DNA of 64,000 nt. It comes from Candidatus Spyradenecus sp. GTDB taxonomy: Bacteria > Verrucomicrobiota > Verrucomicrobiia > Opitutales > UBA953. Position numbers and translations under genes: made by a program. Below are positions 62,459-64,000 of the stretch, piece by piece. The stretch covers positions 1 through 64,000 of the forward strand of contig JAZSKX010000014.1 in assembly GCA_045535075.1 (NCBI GenBank), in the 5' to 3' direction. Under the pieces are notes generated by a model. The model was not told the origin of the DNA, searched no databases, and was given only the letters and a program-made list of their open reading frames with translations. How positions within the stretch are numbered: the first letter of the stretch is position 1; each line of letters opens with the position of its first letter.

Positions 62459-64000
62459 TTATTTGTACGAGCGCGTCGCGAAGTGGACGTTTTCGTAAAC
62501 GAGCGGTTCCTGAACGCGGACCGGTTCCTTGTCGTCGCCTTGGTATTCCCAAACGCCGACGTGAGCGAATTTTTCGTCCACGCGTTGTGCTTCGCCTTCG
62601 TCCGTCGCGTGTTCGAGACGGAAGTGCCCGCCGCAGGATTCGTCGCGTTCCCGTGCATCGAGGCAGAGGAGTTCTGCGAATTCAAGGAAGTCTGCCACGC
62701 GAGCGGCGCGTTCGAGTTCAACGTTGAGCGTATTTTTGTCGCCGACGACACGAACGTTTTTCCAGAATTCTTCACGAAGGGCTTTGACTTCTGCGATGGC
62801 TTCGGTGAGGCCTTCGCGGGTGCGCGCCATACCGCATTTTTCCCAGATGATGTGACCGAGCTTCTGGTGGTAGTAACGGGGCGATTTTGTGCCTTTGACC
62901 GCCATGAGCTTTTCAATGCGTTCCTTAACAGCGGCTTCCGCAGCTGCATATTCCGGGTGGTCCTCCTTCTTCGGAGCGCCTTTGAGGCCGCACTTTGCAA
63001 GGTAGTCCGGGATCGTTGCCGGAAGCACGAAGTAGCCGTCGGAAAGCCCTTGCATGAGAGCGGACGCGCCGAGGCGGTTCGCGCCGTGGTCGGAGAAGTT
63101 GGCTTCGCCGCCGACGAAAAGACCCGGAATCGTGGACATCAAATTGTAGTCTACCCAAAGACCGCCCATCGTGTAGTGGGAAGCCGGGAAGATCTGCATC
63201 GGATTTTTGTACGGGTTAACGCCGGTGATGTTTTCGTACATGTCGAAAAGGTTCCCGTAGCGTTCGCGAATCGTCTGTTCGCCGAGGCGGTTGATGGCAT
63301 CGGAGAAATCGAGGAAGACGCCGTAGCCGGTCGGGGCAACGCCGCGTCCGTCGTCGCAAGCTTCTTTCGCTGCTCGGGAAGAAATATCGCGCGGTGCCAA
63401 GTTCCCGAAGCTCGGGTATTTGCGTTCCAAGTAGTAGTCGCGATCTTCGTCCTTGATGTCGTTCGGATTGAGTTTGCCTTCGCGAACGAGCTTTGCCATT
63501 TCACGTGTTTTCGGCACCCAGATGCGACCGTCGTTGCGGAGCGATTCCGACATAAGCGTGAGCTTGGATTGCTGTTCGCCGTGAACCGGAATGCAGGTCG
63601 GGTGAATTTGCGTGTAGCACGGATTCGCGAAACCGGCGCCGTGTTTGTAGGCGCGGAAAGCCGCCGTGACGTTACAGCCTTGCGCATTCGTCGACAGGTA
63701 GAAGACGTTCCCGTAGCCGCCGGTGCAGAGAACGACGCAGTCTGCGTTCCATGCCTTGACTTCGCCGGTAACCATGTTGCGGGTTACGATACCCTTAGCC
63801 GCGCCGTCAACAATGACGAGATCCATCATTTCGTGGCGGTTGTACATCTTAACCGTGCCGAGGCCGATTTGCTTCGAGAGCGCGGAGTAAGCGCCGAGAA
63901 GGAGCTGCTGACCGGTTTGACCGCGTGCATAGAACGTACGGGAAACCTGCGCGCCGCCGAAAGAGCGGTTGGCGAGTGTTCCTCCGTATTCGCGTGCAAA
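62459..64000 (-). CDS. sdhA: Succinate dehydrogenase/fumarate reductase flavoprotein subunit (5'-partial)
   Basis: [38 protein letters not shown] and ESCGGHFR; frame continues to the window end. Confidence 0.95.
   Translation of the reverse strand, partial: FAREYGGTLANRSFGGAQVSRTFYARGQTGQQLLLGAYSALSKQIGLGTVKMYNRHEMMDLVIVDGAAKGIVTRNMVTGEVKAWNADCVVLCTGGYGNVFYLSTNAQGCNVTAAFRAYKHGAGFANPCYTQIHPTCIPVHGEQQSKLTLMSESLRNDGRIWVPKTREMAKLVREGKLNPNDIKDEDRDYYLERKYPSFGNLAPRDISSRAAKEACDDGRGVAPTGYGVFLDFSDAINRLGEQTIRERYGNLFDMYENITGVNPYKNPMQIFPASHYTMGGLWVDYNLMSTIPGLFVGGEANFSDHGANRLGASALMQGLSDGYFVLPATIPDYLAKCGLKGAPKKEDHPEYAAAEAAVKERIEKLMAVKGTKSPRYYHQKLGHIIWEKCGMARTREGLTEAIAEVKALREEFWKNVRVVGDKNTLNVELERAARVADFLEFAELLCLDARERDESCGGHFRLEHATDEGEAQRVDEKFAHVGVWEYQGDDKEPVRVQEPLVYENVHFATRSYK

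Overview
Bacterial chromosomal window, most likely from a Verrucomicrobiota (Opitutales-like) genome. This is inferred from the PVM-type microcompartment locus, a stand-alone dnaA with an RDHGTV motif and the general gene style. Layout: 1-8071 is an AT-rich Rhs polymorphic-toxin array of orphan C-terminal toxin/immunity cassettes. It is followed by housekeeping genes, a tRNA-Lys, a 9-gene bacterial microcompartment (BMC) operon (14785-20184), a convergent comM/radC pair, dnaA with a probable oriC (about 30090-30630), and core metabolic genes out to sdhBA. The most striking signal is not a gene. The non-palindromic 9-mer GCGGGAACG (reverse complement CGTTCCCGC; relaxed form RCGGGAACG) occurs about 110 times by manual count, where fewer than 1 copy is expected by chance. 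It lies on both strands, mostly inside coding sequences, and inverted pairs of it form most intrinsic terminators. It is nearly absent from the foreign toxin/immunity cassettes. This is the footprint of a DNA uptake sequence (like Neisseria DUS or Pasteurellaceae USS), but with an unrelated motif, in a lineage where I know of none described.
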